A stretch of 64,000 bases of DNA from Alphaproteobacteria bacterium (GCA_965249135.1 OZ252220.1:224001-288000), one strand, 5' to 3'; positions 10,216 to 21,441 are shown, numbered from the stretch's first letter. Notes: generated by a model from the sequence alone, not told the origin. Made by a program: numbers and translations.

Positions 10216-11748
10216 ATGAAGGACATCCTCGAGGAGCTTGAACGTAAGCGTGCCGCGGCTCGTGCCGGTGGTGGCGAGAAGCGGGTGGAAGTTCAGCATG
10301 CGAAGGGAAAGCTTACCGCGCGGGAGCGCCTTGATCTTCTGCTCGATCCGAACTCCTTCGAGGAATACGACATGTTTGTCGAACATCGCTGCAGCGATTT
10401 CGGCATGGAAAAGCAGAAAATTCCAGGGGATGGCGTCGTTACCGGTCACGGCACGATCAACGGCCGTCTCGTCTTCGTTTTCAGCCAGGATTTCACCGTT
10501 TTCGGCGGCAGCCTCAGCGAGCCGCATTCCGAGAAGATCTGCAAGATCATGGATCAGGCCATAAAGGTGGGCGCACCCGTCATCGGGCTGAACGATTCAG
10601 GCGGTGCCCGCATCCAGGAGGGAATCGCTTCCCTTGGCGCCTATGGCGAAGTCTTCCAGCGGAACGTCAATGCGTCGGGTGTGATTCCGCAAATTTCCCT
10701 CATCATGGGGCCTTGCGCCGGTGGCGCCGTCTATTCACCGGCAATGACGGACTTCATCTTCATGGTGAAGGATGCCTCCTACATGTTCGTTACCGGGCCC
10801 GACGTCGTGAAGACGGTCACCCATGAAGAAGTCACCCATGAAGAGCTCGGTGGTGCCATCACGCATACGTCGCGTTCAGGGGTTGCGGATCTGGTCTTCG
10901 AGAATGACGTCGAAACGCTCCTGCAGCTTCGCCGTTTCATGGATTTTTTGCCGCCTTCGAACCGGGAACCCCCGCCGACCTATCCCACGTCCGATACCCC
11001 GGACCGGATCGAGGAATCCCTCGACACCCTCGTGCCGGCCAATCCCAACAAGCCCTATGACATGAAAGAGCTGATCCTGAAGGTTGCCGACGAAGGCGAT
11101 TTCTTTGAGATCCAGCCGGATTTTGCACCGAACATCCTTATCGGGTTTGGGCGTATCGACGGGTCCACCGTCGGCTTCGTGGCCAATCAGCCGATGGTGC
11201 TTGCCGGCTGCCTCGACATCGATTCCTCACGCAAGGCGGCGCGTTTCGTTCGCTTCTGCGATTGCTTCAATATTCCCATCGTTACCTTCGTGGATGTGCC
11301 GGGCTTTCTGCCCGGAACCGGTCAGGAATATGGCGGAATCATCACCCATGGGGCGAAACTGCTGTTTGCCTTTGCCGAGGCGACGGTCCCGAAGGTCACG
11401 GTGATTACGCGAAAGGCGTATGGAGGCGCCTACGACGTCATGAGTTCGAAGCATCTGCGTGGGGATGTGAGTTATGCCTGGCCAACGGCGGAGATTGCGG
11501 TGATGGGCCCGAAGGGGGCCGTCGAAATCATTTTCCGTCAGGATGCGAACGATCCGGCGAAGATCGAAAAACGGACCGAGGAATACCGTGCGAAGTTTGC
11601 CAATCCCTTCATCGCCGGACACCGGGGTTTTATCGACGATGTCATCATGCCGCGCAGCACGCGGCGGCGGATTTGTCGTTCTCTCGCGATGCTGAAAAAC
11701 AAACAACTCGACAATCCCTGGAAGAAGCATCCGAACATTCCGCTTTAA
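10216..11748 (+). CDS. pccB: Propionyl-CoA carboxylase beta (carboxyltransferase) subunit
   Basis: [61 protein letters not shown]. Confidence 0.93.
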   Translation: MKDILEELERKRAAARAGGGEKRVEVQHAKGKLTARERLDLLLDPNSFEEYDMFVEHRCSDFGMEKQKIPGDGVVTGHGTINGRLVFVFSQDFTVFGGSLSEPHSEKICKIMDQAIKVGAPVIGLNDSGGARIQEGIASLGAYGEVFQRNVNASGVIPQISLIMGPCAGGAVYSPAMTDFIFMVKDASYMFVTGPDVVKTVTHEEVTHEELGGAITHTSRSGVADLVFENDVETLLQLRRFMDFLPPSNREPPPTYPTSDTPDRIEESLDTLVPANPNKPYDMKELILKVADEGDFFEIQPDFAPNILIGFGRIDGSTVGFVANQPMVLAGCLDIDSSRKAARFVRFCDCFNIPIVTFVDVPGFLPGTGQEYGGIITHGAKLLFAFAEATVPKVTVITRKAYGGAYDVMSSKHLRGDVSYAWPTAEIAVMGPKGAVEIIFRQDANDPAKIEKRTEEYRAKFANPFIAGHRGFIDDVIMPRSTRRRICRSLAMLKNKQLDNPWKKHPNIPL

Positions 11749-11820
11749 ACGCAAAAGCTGTTCCGTCCGCAGGCAACCTCGTCAGGCGGCGATGGGAATG
11801 CGCCAGGAAAGCCGGATAAG

Positions 11821-13806
11821 ATGTTCAAGAAAATCCTGATCGCAAATCGAGGTGAGATTGCCCGCCGGATCATCCGCACGGCAAAGCGGATGAAACTGCG
11901 CACGGTTGCGGTCTATTCCGAGGCGGATCAGGACGCTCCCCATGTGTTGATGGCGGACGAGTCGGTATTGCTTGGCCCGGCACCCTCTGCGAAGAGCTAT
12001 CTCGACATCAAGAAAATCGTAAAAGCGGTGAAGGACACCGGTGCGGATGCCGTCCACCCGGGCTATGGCTTCCTCTCCGAAAACCGCGCCTTCGCCGAAG
12101 CCTTGGCCAAGGCGAAAGTCGCCTTCATCGGCCCGCCACCGTCCGCGATCGCCGTGATGGGGGATAAGGTCGAATCGAAAAAGCTTGCGAAGGACGCGGG
12201 CGTCAACGTGATACCCGGTCATATCGGGGTCATGAAGGACGCGGGCGAGGCGGCAAAGCTTGCCAAGGAAATCGGTTACCCCGTCATGCTGAAGGCGTCT
12301 GCCGGTGGTGGCGGGAAGGGCATGCGGATTGCGCGGAGCGAAAAGGAAATCAGCGATGGATTCCGTTCCGCCCAAAACGAAGCGAGATCCAGTTTCGGGG
12401 ACGACCGCCTCTTCATCGAGAAATTCATCGATCAACCGCGCCACATCGAGATCCAGGTCTTGGCGGACGCCCATGGCAACGTCATCCACCTTGGCGAGCG
12501 TGAGTGCTCGATCCAGCGCCGTCACCAGAAGGTCATCGAAGAATCTCCAAGCCTGGCGATCGATGCGAAGACCCGCGACGCCATGGGCGCGCAGGCGATA
12601 GCGCTTGCGGAAAAAGTCGGCTATCGCTCGGCCGGCACCGTCGAGTTCATCCTGGATGGGAAGGGCGACTTCTACTTTCTCGAGATGAACACGCGCCTTC
12701 AGGTCGAGCACCCCGTTACCGAGTTCGTCACCGGGATTGATCTCGTCGAACAAATGATCCGGATTGCTGCCGGTGAAAGGCTTTCCATCGCTCAAGGCGA
12801 TGTGAAGTGGGAAGGATGGGCGATGGAGGCGCGCATTTATGCGGAAGATCCGCTCCGCGGTTTCCTTCCTTCCATTGGACGTCTCGTTCGCTACCGGGAG
12901 CCGGCAGGCCCGGGGGTGCGCGTCGATAGTGGCGTGATAGAAGGCAGCGAGATCAGCCTCCATTACGATCCGATGATCGCCAAGCTCTGCACCTTTGGCC
13001 CCGACCGCGAGACGGCAATCGCAAGGATGCGTACGGCCCTTGACGAATATTTCATCCGCGGGCTCGATCACAACATCGCCTTCCTTGCCGCCGTCATGAT
13101 GCGACCCCGTTTCCTTGCCGGTGAATTGACGACGAACTTCATTGCCGAGGAATTCCCGGACGGATTTTCCGGCGCGGAACTCGGCAAAGGCGACCGGGAA
13201 GCCGTCGTTGCCGTGGCGGCGATGGTTCACCATCGCTATGCCGAACGGAAGGCCAGCACCCGCGGCCGGATGCCCCATCGTTCGGCCGAGATCGGAACGG
13301 AATGGGCCGTTATTCTGAATGGCACACACTATCCGGTCGTCCTCAAGCCCGAACTCGATGGCTTCGACGTCACCATCGACAAGAAGACCTATGCCGTTCG
13401 CAGTGAATGGGCGCTAGGCTCGTCAATTTTCCGCGGAACCGTCAATGCGCATCCGATCGTCGTTCAAATCGATCGCAATGGTGTCGGCTTCAGGCTTACC
13501 CATGGCGGGGCCACGAACGACGTGCTGGTCGTAACCATGCATGGCGCGGCCCTTGCTTCCCTGATGCCGGTCAAGGAGCCGCCGGATCTCTCGCGGTTCC
13601 TGCTCTCCCCCATGCCGGGCTTGCTGGTCGCCTTGGCCGTAAAGCAAGGACAGGAAGTGAAAGCGGGCGAAGAGCTTGCCGTCGTCGAGGCGATGAAGAT
13701 GGAAAACATCCTGCGTGCCGAGCAGGATTGCAAAGTTGTGAAGGTCTGCGCAAAAGCCGGCGACAGCTTGGCGGTCGATCAGGTCATATTGGAATTCGAA
13801 GCGTGA
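11821..13806 (+). CDS. pccA: Propionyl-CoA carboxylase alpha subunit (biotin carboxylase plus BCCP)
   Basis: MFKKILIANRGEIA, HPGYGFLSEN, GGGGKGMR, RECSIQRRHQK, EMNTRLQVEHPVTE, EAMKM biotin site. Confidence 0.93.
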   Translation: MFKKILIANRGEIARRIIRTAKRMKLRTVAVYSEADQDAPHVLMADESVLLGPAPSAKSYLDIKKIVKAVKDTGADAVHPGYGFLSENRAFAEALAKAKVAFIGPPPSAIAVMGDKVESKKLAKDAGVNVIPGHIGVMKDAGEAAKLAKEIGYPVMLKASAGGGGKGMRIARSEKEISDGFRSAQNEARSSFGDDRLFIEKFIDQPRHIEIQVLADAHGNVIHLGERECSIQRRHQKVIEESPSLAIDAKTRDAMGAQAIALAEKVGYRSAGTVEFILDGKGDFYFLEMNTRLQVEHPVTEFVTGIDLVEQMIRIAAGERLSIAQGDVKWEGWAMEARIYAEDPLRGFLPSIGRLVRYREPAGPGVRVDSGVIEGSEISLHYDPMIAKLCTFGPDRETAIARMRTALDEYFIRGLDHNIAFLAAVMMRPRFLAGELTTNFIAEEFPDGFSGAELGKGDREAVVAVAAMVHHRYAERKASTRGRMPHRSAEIGTEWAVILNGTHYPVVLKPELDGFDVTIDKKTYAVRSEWALGSSIFRGTVNAHPIVVQIDRNGVGFRLTHGGATNDVLVVTMHGAALASLMPVKEPPDLSRFLLSPMPGLLVALAVKQGQEVKAGEELAVVEAMKMENILRAEQDCKVVKVCAKAGDSLAVDQVILEFEA

Positions 13807-13819
13807 GCGAAGGGGTGGG

Positions 13820-14236
13820 ATGAACGCGCGGTCGATCTTACGGAACGCGGCCCTGGCGTTTAGTGCCGGCGCGTTGGGCGGACTGGCCAACGGCCTCGTC
13901 CTTTGGCTGCTGGGGGCGGCCGGCATCACGGCTGCCCTTAGCGTTGCGATCGCGCCCGAGCTTAACCCATCCTGGCTCTATCCGCGCCTCGTCTGGGGCG
14001 GACTTTGGGGAGCGCTTCTTCTGTTGCCACTGTTATCCGAGAAACCCTTACCCAGGGGCGTTCTGTTTGGATTCGGACCGGCCCTCGTGCAGCTTTTCGT
14101 CGTCTTTCCCTATAAGGCCGAAAAAGGAATGGCGGGCCCCGCCCTTGGCGAGATGACGCCACTCATAGTCGCGCTGGTCAACCTTGTCTGGGGATTGACG
14201 GCGGCGTTTGCCTACCATTCGATGCGCGCGCGGTAG
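13820..14236 (+). CDS. Small integral membrane protein of unknown function (~4 TM)
   Basis: Hydrophobic 138-aa ORF in operon, with motifs WLYPRLVWGGLWG and LVNLVWG. Confidence 0.7.
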   Translation: MNARSILRNAALAFSAGALGGLANGLVLWLLGAAGITAALSVAIAPELNPSWLYPRLVWGGLWGALLLLPLLSEKPLPRGVLFGFGPALVQLFVVFPYKAEKGMAGPALGEMTPLIVALVNLVWGLTAAFAYHSMRAR

Positions 14237-14241
14237 CCACC

Positions 14242-14517
14242 ATGCAAAAGGTCCTGCTTCGCATTCGTGGGCGCGTGCAAGGGGTTTGCTATCGGGCGTG
14301 GACGATCGACGAGGCGATCCGCCGAGGCCTCACCGGTTGGGTCCGCAACCGTCAGGACGGCACGGTGGAAGCGCTTCTCGCCGGCGCCGAAGACACGGTC
14401 GCCGGGATGATCGATGCCTGTAAGCAAGGGCCGCCGGCCGCCGATGTGACGGAAATCGAGGTGCGTGTGACTGAGGAAGAGGCAGGCTCCGCCTTCGTGG
14501 CACGCCCCACGGCCTAA
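14242..14517 (+). CDS. acyP: Acylphosphatase
   Basis: [28 protein letters not shown]. Confidence 0.92.
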   Translation: MQKVLLRIRGRVQGVCYRAWTIDEAIRRGLTGWVRNRQDGTVEALLAGAEDTVAGMIDACKQGPPAADVTEIEVRVTEEEAGSAFVARPTA

Positions 14518-15176
14518 GGCCCGAAAACTTCCGTGAAGGATTCTTTAAGCGCGAGATCGACGTCCGCCATCGTGGCGGTGATGCCAAGATCGACAAGCGA
14601 AGTAACGCCGTAATTCGCTTGCGCAATCCCGCAGGGGACGATCCCGCGAAAATGCTCAAGCTCGGGATCGACGTTAAGCGAAATCCCATGATAGGTGACC
14701 CACTTGCGGATGCGCACGCCGGTCGCGGCAATCTTGTCTTCGTGGCCGTTCGCGCCGCCAAGGGCGCCGCGATCGATCCAGATGCCAATCCGCCCTTCGC
14801 GTCTTTCGCCGCGCAAATTGAAGCGTCCAAGCGTGCGGATGATCCACTCCTCGAGATTGTGGACGTAGTCACGGACATCGGCCCCGCGACGCTGTAGATC
14901 GAGCAGCACGTACCCGACCCGCTGTCCGGGGCCATGGTAGGTATGCTTCCCGCCGCGGCCGGTCTCATAAACCGGAAACCGGTCCGCGTCTAGAAGCTCT
15001 TCCGGCTTTGCGCTCGTGCCCGCCGTATAGATCGAAGGATGTTCCAGGAGCCACACCATTTCTGGCGCACCTTCCTCGCGGATGGCGGCGACACGTGCCT
15101 CCATTTCCGCCACCGCGTCTGGATAGGGGACCGGCAGATCGCTGAACCGCCACTCAATTTTACTTGTCGGCGAAAT
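14514..15176 (-). CDS. lipB: Octanoyltransferase LipB (start probably upstream of the ORF-track start, possibly ATT at 15176)
   Basis: [52 protein letters not shown]; conserved [15 protein letters not shown] lies upstream of GTG15113. Confidence 0.93.
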   Translation of the reverse strand: MSPTSKIEWRFSDLPVPYPDAVAEMEARVAAIREEGAPEMVWLLEHPSIYTAGTSAKPEELLDADRFPVYETGRGGKHTYHGPGQRVGYVLLDLQRRGADVRDYVHNLEEWIIRTLGRFNLRGERREGRIGIWIDRGALGGANGHEDKIAATGVRIRKWVTYHGISLNVDPELEHFRGIVPCGIAQANYGVTSLVDLGITATMADVDLALKESFTEVFGP

Positions 15177-15267
15177 CTGGAAGATCCTTGATTAGAGCAC
15201 CCTTGCGCGACATTTTTTGATTTGGTATTCCCCCCAGGTGCGAATGGCAAGTGCCATGCGTAATCGT

Positions 15268-15353
15268 GCGGCCGTGGCGGAATGGTAGACGCGCAGCGTT
15301 GAGGTCGCTGTGGGGGAGACCCCGTGGAAGTTCGAGTCTTCTCGGCCGCACCA
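15268..15353 (+). tRNA. tRNA-Leu(GAG)
   Basis: Acceptor stem GCGGCCG/CGGCCGC plus ACCA; D-loop GGCGGAATGGTAGACGC; anticodon arm CAGCG-TTGAGGT-CGCTG; long variable arm; GTTCGAGTC T-loop. Confidence 0.96.
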
Positions 15354-15417
15354 CTTTGAGCCTAAGCCTATCCACCCCACCGCGCAGGTCCGGATTCACG
15401 CCGGAGAAGGGGCCATC

Positions 15418-16806
15418 ATGGCCACGGAGAATCTGGGAAAAGAGGGACACGACCGGCCTGAGGAGGCCTATGGGCTGACGGCCAAGATCGAGCGCGCCGT
15501 CGTTGAGGCGTTGGAGGCTGAAGACAAGGCCCGCGTTCGGGCGCTGGTCGAACCGCTCCACGCGGCGGACGTTGCCGATCTGGTGGAACATCTGACCGGC
15601 GATCGTCGCGAAAGCCTGCTCGAGACCCTGCGCCCGACCCTCAATGCCGAGGTGCTTGCCCGTCTCGACGAGACGGTCCGCGAAGAAGTCATCGAATACC
15701 TTGGCCCCGAGGAAGTGGCTGCCGCCGTCGTCGAACTCGAAAGCGACGACGCCGTCGAGGTCATTCAGGAACTCGATCGTGAGGAACAGCAGGAAGTTTT
15801 GGATGCCGTTCCACCGGAGGCGCGCGCGATCCTTGAGGAAGGCCTGACCTATCCGGAGAAAAGCGCCGGCCGGATGATGCAACGGGAGACGGTGGTCGTG
15901 CCTTCCTATTGGACGGTAGGCGAGACGATCGACTTCATGCGCGAGACCGACTCCCTGCCGCATGATTTCTATGACATTTTTGTCGTCGACCCCTCTCATA
16001 AGCCGCTTGGCAAGATCGCGCTCAGTCGTCTCCTTAGAACCCGACGCCCGGTGATGGTCACGGACATCATGTACCAGGAACCAAAGACGGTACCCGCATC
16101 GATGGACCAGGAAGAAATCAGCCATCTCTTCCGGCAATACGACCTTGTCTCGGCTCCGGTTGTCGACGAAGGCGGGCGGCTGGTGGGTGTCATCACGGTG
16201 GATGACGTCGTCGATGTGATCGATGAGGAGGCGGAAGAAGACATTATGAAACTGGGCGGCGTGACGGAAACGGATATCTATGACGCCGCTCTTGACACGA
16301 CTCGCTCCCGCTTCTCCTGGCTGTTCGTGAACCTGTTCACTGCCATTATCGCCTCCGTCGTCATCGCTTTTTTCGATGCCGAGATCGACAAAATCGTCGC
16401 TCTTGCGATCCTTATGCCGATCGTGGCGTCGATGGGTGGGAATGCCGGCACACAGACGTTGACGGTGGCCGTCCGCGCACTCGCCGTGAAAGAACTCACC
16501 ATGACGAATGCTTGGCAAGTCATCGGAAAGGAAACCCTGGTGGGCGGTTTCAACGGGGTGCTTTTTGCCGCGCTTGCGGGTGGCGTCGCGTGGTTCTGGT
16601 TTGAAGACCTGTTACTTGGCAGCGTGCTGGCACTGGCGATGATCATCAATCTTGTCATTGCCGGCATTGCCGGAGCGATGATCCCGATTGGCCTGGCCCG
16701 CTCAGGCGTCGACCCCGCCGTTGCCTCCGGCGTTTTCCTGACCACCGTGACGGACGTGGTGGGTTTCTCCTCCTTTCTCGGCCTGGCCGCGCTTTTGCTG
16801 CTGTAG
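15418..16806 (+). CDS. mgtE: Magnesium transporter MgtE
   Basis: LHAADVAD N-domain, YPEKSAGRMM, CBS pair, GVITVDDVVD, MGGNAGTQT, DPAVASGVFLTTVTD. Confidence 0.96.
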   Translation: MATENLGKEGHDRPEEAYGLTAKIERAVVEALEAEDKARVRALVEPLHAADVADLVEHLTGDRRESLLETLRPTLNAEVLARLDETVREEVIEYLGPEEVAAAVVELESDDAVEVIQELDREEQQEVLDAVPPEARAILEEGLTYPEKSAGRMMQRETVVVPSYWTVGETIDFMRETDSLPHDFYDIFVVDPSHKPLGKIALSRLLRTRRPVMVTDIMYQEPKTVPASMDQEEISHLFRQYDLVSAPVVDEGGRLVGVITVDDVVDVIDEEAEEDIMKLGGVTETDIYDAALDTTRSRFSWLFVNLFTAIIASVVIAFFDAEIDKIVALAILMPIVASMGGNAGTQTLTVAVRALAVKELTMTNAWQVIGKETLVGGFNGVLFAALAGGVAWFWFEDLLLGSVLALAMIINLVIAGIAGAMIPIGLARSGVDPAVASGVFLTTVTDVVGFSSFLGLAALLLL

Positions 16807-16989
16807 AGGTAGTAACAAATTGAAAAGAAAAGGAAATTTTGTCTAGAATCGGTGGCCGGGCGATGCATTTTCAGATCGCACGGATGCTATACTCGAGGCT
16901 CTCAAAGGATCCCGTTGCGGACAATCGAAGGACGAATGCATACATACTAGAGTGATATGCAGACGTCGGGGGACGGAAAGGAACCGGAA

Positions 16990-18180
16990 ATGTCGAGTGA
17001 TCCAATCGTCATCGTAGGCGGGGCACGCACCCCGATGGGCGGCTTTCAGGGAGAATTGCAGGACGTTACCTCCCCGGAACTCGGCGCCATCGCCATCAAG
17101 GGGGCCGTTGAGCGGGCCGGCATTTCGCCCGACGACGTGGAAGAGGTGATCATGGGCTGTGTGTTGCCGGCCGGCTGCCGTCAGGTGCCGGCACGCCAGG
17201 CCTCGATGGAAGCGGGCATCCCCGAAAACGCCGGTTGTACGACGATCAACAAGGCCTGCGGCTCTGGCATGAAAGCCGTCATGCTTGCCAACGATTTACT
17301 TCGTGCGGAAACCAACGACGTCATGGTTGCAGGCGGCATGGAAAGCATGACGAATGCGCCTTATCTTCTCATGAAGGCGCGCGGCGGTTATCGCATGGGA
17401 CATGGTGAAATTTACGATCATATGTTCTGCGACGGACTTCAGGACCCTTTCAAAGGCGGCGACAATCTGATGGGTGTTTTTGCCGAAAACACGGCGGAAA
17501 AATATCAATTCACTCGCGAATCCCAGGACGCGTTTGCCATCACTTCGCTCAAACGCGCGAGAACGGCTGGAGAAGACGGCACTTTCGATCGTGAAGTTTC
17601 GAAGGTAACCGTCAAAACCAAAAAGGGAGAGACCGTCGTTGCGTTGGATGAACAACCGCGAATAGCCAATCTCGAAAAAATCCAGAAATTGAAACCCGCT
17701 TTTCGTAAAGACGGGACGGTCACGCCGGCAAATTCCAGTTCGATTTCGGATGGCGCTGCGGCGGTGGTTATGATGCGGCTTTCGGAAGCCGAAAAGCGGG
17801 GCCTGACACCACGAGCGAAGATCCTTGCCCACGCCACCCATTCCCAGGATCCGGCTTGGTTTACGACGGCGCCGGTCTATGCCATGCAAAAACTGCTCGA
17901 CAAGGTGAACTGGGATGTAAAGGACGTCGACCTTTATGAGGTCAACGAGGCCTTTGCCGTCGTGACGATGGTCGCCATGAAGGAATTCGACCTGCCCCAT
18001 GACAAAGTCAATATCCATGGCGGGGCCTGCGCCTTGGGCCATCCGATCGGCGCGTCGGGCTGCCGGATCCTTGTCACGCTGCTGAACGCACTCGAGAAAC
18101 ACGACCTCGATCGGGGTGTCGCTTCCCTTTGCATCGGCGGTGGCGAGGCGACGGCCTTAGCCGTCGAAAGGCTGCACTAA
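16990..18180 (+). CDS. Acetyl-CoA C-acyltransferase (thiolase)
   Basis: ARTPMGGF, NKACGSGM, GGMESM, NSSSISDGAAA, EVNEAF, GHPIGASG, LCIGGG. Confidence 0.95.
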   Translation: MSSDPIVIVGGARTPMGGFQGELQDVTSPELGAIAIKGAVERAGISPDDVEEVIMGCVLPAGCRQVPARQASMEAGIPENAGCTTINKACGSGMKAVMLANDLLRAETNDVMVAGGMESMTNAPYLLMKARGGYRMGHGEIYDHMFCDGLQDPFKGGDNLMGVFAENTAEKYQFTRESQDAFAITSLKRARTAGEDGTFDREVSKVTVKTKKGETVVALDEQPRIANLEKIQKLKPAFRKDGTVTPANSSSISDGAAAVVMMRLSEAEKRGLTPRAKILAHATHSQDPAWFTTAPVYAMQKLLDKVNWDVKDVDLYEVNEAFAVVTMVAMKEFDLPHDKVNIHGGACALGHPIGASGCRILVTLLNALEKHDLDRGVASLCIGGGEATALAVERLH

Positions 18181-18220
18181 AAGCCTTGGATCTTAGCTGC
18201 ACTAAAAGCCTTGGATCTTA
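18171..18220 (+). repeat. Perfect 25-bp tandem duplication spanning the thiolase stop codon
   Basis: GCTGCACTAAAAGCCTTGGATCTTA at 18171-18195 and 18196-18220. Confidence 0.97.
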
Positions 18221-18230
18221 AAAGTCGGCC

Positions 18231-18833
18231 ATGGCGGATCCGATCTTCTTCTACTTCGACTTCGGCTCGCCTTACGGGTATCTGGCCAGCAAGCGAATCG
18301 ACGCGCTCGCCGCCCGCCACGGGCGTGAGGTCCGATGGCGGGCCTTTCTGGTTGGTGCGGCGGTAAAGCTCACCGGTATCCAATCCATCTTCGAGCAGCC
18401 GATGCGTGGCCCTTACACGGTCCATGATATGCAGCGCTTCGCAAGGCTGCAGGGGCTGCCGCTCAAGGTGCCGCCGGTCCTGCCGATGCACTCCCTGGCG
18501 GCCAGCCGGGCCTATTACTGGCTGTTCGATCAGGACCCGGCCCTTGCGAAATCCTTCGCCATTGCCGTTTTCGAAGCGGAATGGGGAGAAGGCCGCGACC
18601 TTTCTTCCGTCGAGGCGGTGGCGGCGGCGGCAACGCCCTTAGGCATCGATGCCGAAGCGCTTCTTGCGGCGGTTCGGGATCCTGCCGTGAAGGACCGCCT
18701 CCGCGAAGAGGTCGAAGCGGCCATCGCGAAAGGCGTTTTCGGCTCGCCTTTTTTCCTGATCAACGGCGAAGGCTTCTGGGGGGCCGATCGGATCGATCAG
18801 GTCGACCGCTGGCTTGAGCGGGGTGGTTGGTGA
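18231..18833 (+). CDS. 2-hydroxychromene-2-carboxylate isomerase / GST-kappa (DsbA-like) family protein
   Basis: FYFDFGSPYGYLA, GVFGSPFF, EGFWGADR. Confidence 0.88.
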   Translation: MADPIFFYFDFGSPYGYLASKRIDALAARHGREVRWRAFLVGAAVKLTGIQSIFEQPMRGPYTVHDMQRFARLQGLPLKVPPVLPMHSLAASRAYYWLFDQDPALAKSFAIAVFEAEWGEGRDLSSVEAVAAAATPLGIDAEALLAAVRDPAVKDRLREEVEAAIAKGVFGSPFFLINGEGFWGADRIDQVDRWLERGGW

Positions 18834-18889
18834 TACCGCTAAACTCGGCTTCCCGTTAGGATCGTTCTGCAACCAGGAGAAAAGGTAAA

Positions 18890-19795
18890 GTGGCACTTCC
18901 AGCGACAGTCCGGATGGTCGAAGTGGGCCCGCGGGATGGGCTTCAGAACGAACCCACGACCGTCCCAACTGCGCTTAAGATCGAATTCATCGACCGTCTT
19001 TCGCAAACGGGTCTGAAGCGGATCGAGGTCGGCGCCTTCGTCTCGCCGAGGATGATTCCCCAAATGGCGGACAGCCGGGAAGTCATAGAAGGAATCCAGA
19101 AAGCACCCGGCGTTTGTTACGATACTTTGGTGCCGAACATGAAAGGCTTTGACCAGGCCCTTGCCGCCGGTATCAAAGAAATCGAGGTCTTCGGAGCGGC
19201 CTCCGAGAGCTTTTCGCAAAAGAACATCAATTGCTCGATCGCCGAAAGCCTCGAACGTTTCGCACCGGTTTGCGAGGCGGCGAAGGCGAACGGCATTCGT
19301 GTGCGCGGGGCCGTTTCCTGCGTGCTTGGTTGTCCTTATGAAGGCGAGATTGCACCGAGGATGGTCGCCGATGTCGCGGCGAAACTTTACGAAATGGGCT
19401 GCTACGAAATTGCGCTTGGCGATACGATCGGGACCGGCACGCCGGAAAAGGCGAAAAGAATGCTCGAAGCGGTTGCCGGGCACGTGCCGGTCGCGAAACT
19501 GGCGGCCCATTTTCACGACACCTACGGACAGGCGCTTGCCAATATTTACGCGGTGATGGAAGAAGGCGTCGCCGTCCTCGACAGCTCCGTTGCTGGGCTC
19601 GGCGGCTGCCCGTATGCGAAAGGCGCCACCGGGAACGTGGCCAGCGAGGACGTCCTCTACATGCTGAATGGGCTGGGGATCGAAACCGGGGTCGATTTCG
19701 ACCGTCTGGTCAATGCCGGCCGGTTCATCTCGGAGGCCTTGGGTCGTGAGGTGGGCTCGAAGGCCGGCCTCGCCGCCCTCAGGAAACGGGGCTAA
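18890..19795 (+). CDS. hmgL: Hydroxymethylglutaryl-CoA lyase
   Basis: [45 protein letters not shown]. Confidence 0.94.
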   Translation: MALPATVRMVEVGPRDGLQNEPTTVPTALKIEFIDRLSQTGLKRIEVGAFVSPRMIPQMADSREVIEGIQKAPGVCYDTLVPNMKGFDQALAAGIKEIEVFGAASESFSQKNINCSIAESLERFAPVCEAAKANGIRVRGAVSCVLGCPYEGEIAPRMVADVAAKLYEMGCYEIALGDTIGTGTPEKAKRMLEAVAGHVPVAKLAAHFHDTYGQALANIYAVMEEGVAVLDSSVAGLGGCPYAKGATGNVASEDVLYMLNGLGIETGVDFDRLVNAGRFISEALGREVGSKAGLAALRKRG

Positions 19796-19923
19796 CCGTA
19801 AAGACGAGGGCTTGCGCTTCGGCTATCCGCTCATGACAGATCGGCGTGCCGCCGGTGCGCGAGCAGCCTGAATTTTCCGTAGAGCGCTGGTCTTCAAGGG
19901 GGGCTTCCCTCTAAAATGAAGGC

Positions 19924-20346
19924 ATGCCTCTTCATCTCGTGAGGATGGCGGTCGGAATCGAAAGCATCGATCATCTTGCCGCCATTCAGAAAAAGCGTAA
20001 ACAATCCTCGAGGGCGAAAGACCTTCGCGCACGTACGCGGAACACGCCGCGGCGCACGCACGAACTCCTTGATGGCGGGTCCATGTATTGGATCATCAAA
20101 GGCTATGTTCGCATTCGCCAGCGCATCCTTGCCATTGAGCGGAAGGAGGGGGCCGAAGGACGCCATTACTGTGAAATCTGGCTTGATCCAACGCTCGTAA
20201 GAACCCAGCTTTATCCGAGAAAACCGCAGCAGGGCTGGCGTTACCTCGCGCACGCGGATGCGCCGGCTGATTTGAGCGCCGCCGGCACGGACGAAAACCT
20301 GCCTCCGGAAATGGCGGCGGAGCTTCGTGAACTTGGGCTGCTCTAG
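19924..20346 (+). CDS. DUF1489 family protein
   Basis: MPLHLVRMAVG, TRNTPRR..ELLDGGSMYWIIKG, QGWRYL..DAPADL, LPPEMAAELRELGLL. Confidence 0.85.
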   Translation: MPLHLVRMAVGIESIDHLAAIQKKRKQSSRAKDLRARTRNTPRRTHELLDGGSMYWIIKGYVRIRQRILAIERKEGAEGRHYCEIWLDPTLVRTQLYPRKPQQGWRYLAHADAPADLSAAGTDENLPPEMAAELRELGLL

Positions 20347-20385
20347 GTCAGCTTCGCTAGGACTTAAGGAAGGTTCCATTTAGCC

Positions 20386-21441
20386 GTGCGCGCCATCGTC
20401 TTTTTAGCGACAATTTTTTTTCTTCTTTCTGCGTGTGCGCCGACGACGCAACGGGTTTCCGTCGATCCGAAACTCGCGGCCAAAGAGGCAGAGAAGCAGC
20501 GCGAGATTGCACTTTCAGAATTTCATAAAGACAAACGGCGTCTCTTTTACGTTTCCTACCCGCTTCTCGTCGGCGGGCACTCCCTGTGCGAAGATAAAGT
20601 CTCCCCTCAAATCGGCGCAAGCTTCTCCAGCATTCAAAACTATCCCGAAGAATTTCGTTCGGCCGCTAAAACCGTTTTCGGTGAGACGGAAGAATTTCGT
20701 ATTTCCCTCGTCGCGCCGAACTCACCGGCCGACATGGCCGGCCTTCGGGAAGGAGATATTCTGGTTCGCCTAGATGGGAAGTCGTTGCCTGAAGGCGAGG
20801 AAGCAACCACTGAGCTTATCGAGCTCTATGAGGGGATCGCGAAGAAGAAACGCACGTTTTCAATCGATGTGCGCCGTGGCGAAGAAACGCTTCAACTAAC
20901 CATCACATCGAAAATGGGATGTGACTATCCAGTTATGTTGGCCAACAGCGATTCCCTTAATGCTTTTGCAGATGGGGAGCGCGTCGTCATCATGCGGGGC
21001 ATGCTGCGCTTTACGGATTCGGATACGGAGCTTTCCACCGTCATCGCCCATGAGCTTGCCCATAACGCGATGCATCATATTTCCGCGAAACGCGGGAATG
21101 CGATGCTGGGTCTGATCGTCGATATTCTGGCGTCGGTCGGCGGCATCAACACGCAAGGAGCCTTTGCGCGCATGGCCGGGAACGCCTACAGCCAGGACTT
21201 CGAAGCAGAGGCCGATTACGTGGGCCTCTACATCATGGGCTTGAGCGGGGTGGAAATCGAAGGAGCGGCGCATTTCTGGCGGCGGATGGCGGCGGCACAT
21301 CCTCAGGCGATTCAGTCGGGCGGGTTCATGGCGACTCATCCCTCCACGCCGGAACGCTTCTTGAGTCTTGAAAACACGGTCGCAGAAATCAAACGAAAAC
21401 AAGCGGAAGGCAAACCGCTTCGCCCGGAAATGAAGAAATAA
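20386..21441 (+). CDS. Lipoprotein M48-family Zn metalloprotease with PDZ domain
   Basis: Lipobox LSA-C, PDZ (SPADMAGLREGD), NAFADG, AHELAH, YSQDFEAEAD, THP. Confidence 0.85.
   Translation: MRAIVFLATIFFLLSACAPTTQRVSVDPKLAAKEAEKQREIALSEFHKDKRRLFYVSYPLLVGGHSLCEDKVSPQIGASFSSIQNYPEEFRSAAKTVFGETEEFRISLVAPNSPADMAGLREGDILVRLDGKSLPEGEEATTELIELYEGIAKKKRTFSIDVRRGEETLQLTITSKMGCDYPVMLANSDSLNAFADGERVVIMRGMLRFTDSDTELSTVIAHELAHNAMHHISAKRGNAMLGLIVDILASVGGINTQGAFARMAGNAYSQDFEAEADYVGLYIMGLSGVEIEGAAHFWRRMAAAHPQAIQSGGFMATHPSTPERFLSLENTVAEIKRKQAEGKPLRPEMKK

Noticed and set aside
10816-10844. 15-bp near-repeat ([10 protein letters not shown]) in pccB
   Set aside because: It matches the normal VTxEEVTxEELGG motif length of the family, so it is not an insertion.
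15268-15417. tRNA-Leu as an integration site
   Set aside because: No integrase and no duplicated tRNA 3' end were seen; mgtE follows directly.
18171-18220. Direct repeats as a mini CRISPR array or target-site duplication
   Set aside because: The copies are directly adjacent with no spacer, and no cas or transposase gene is nearby.
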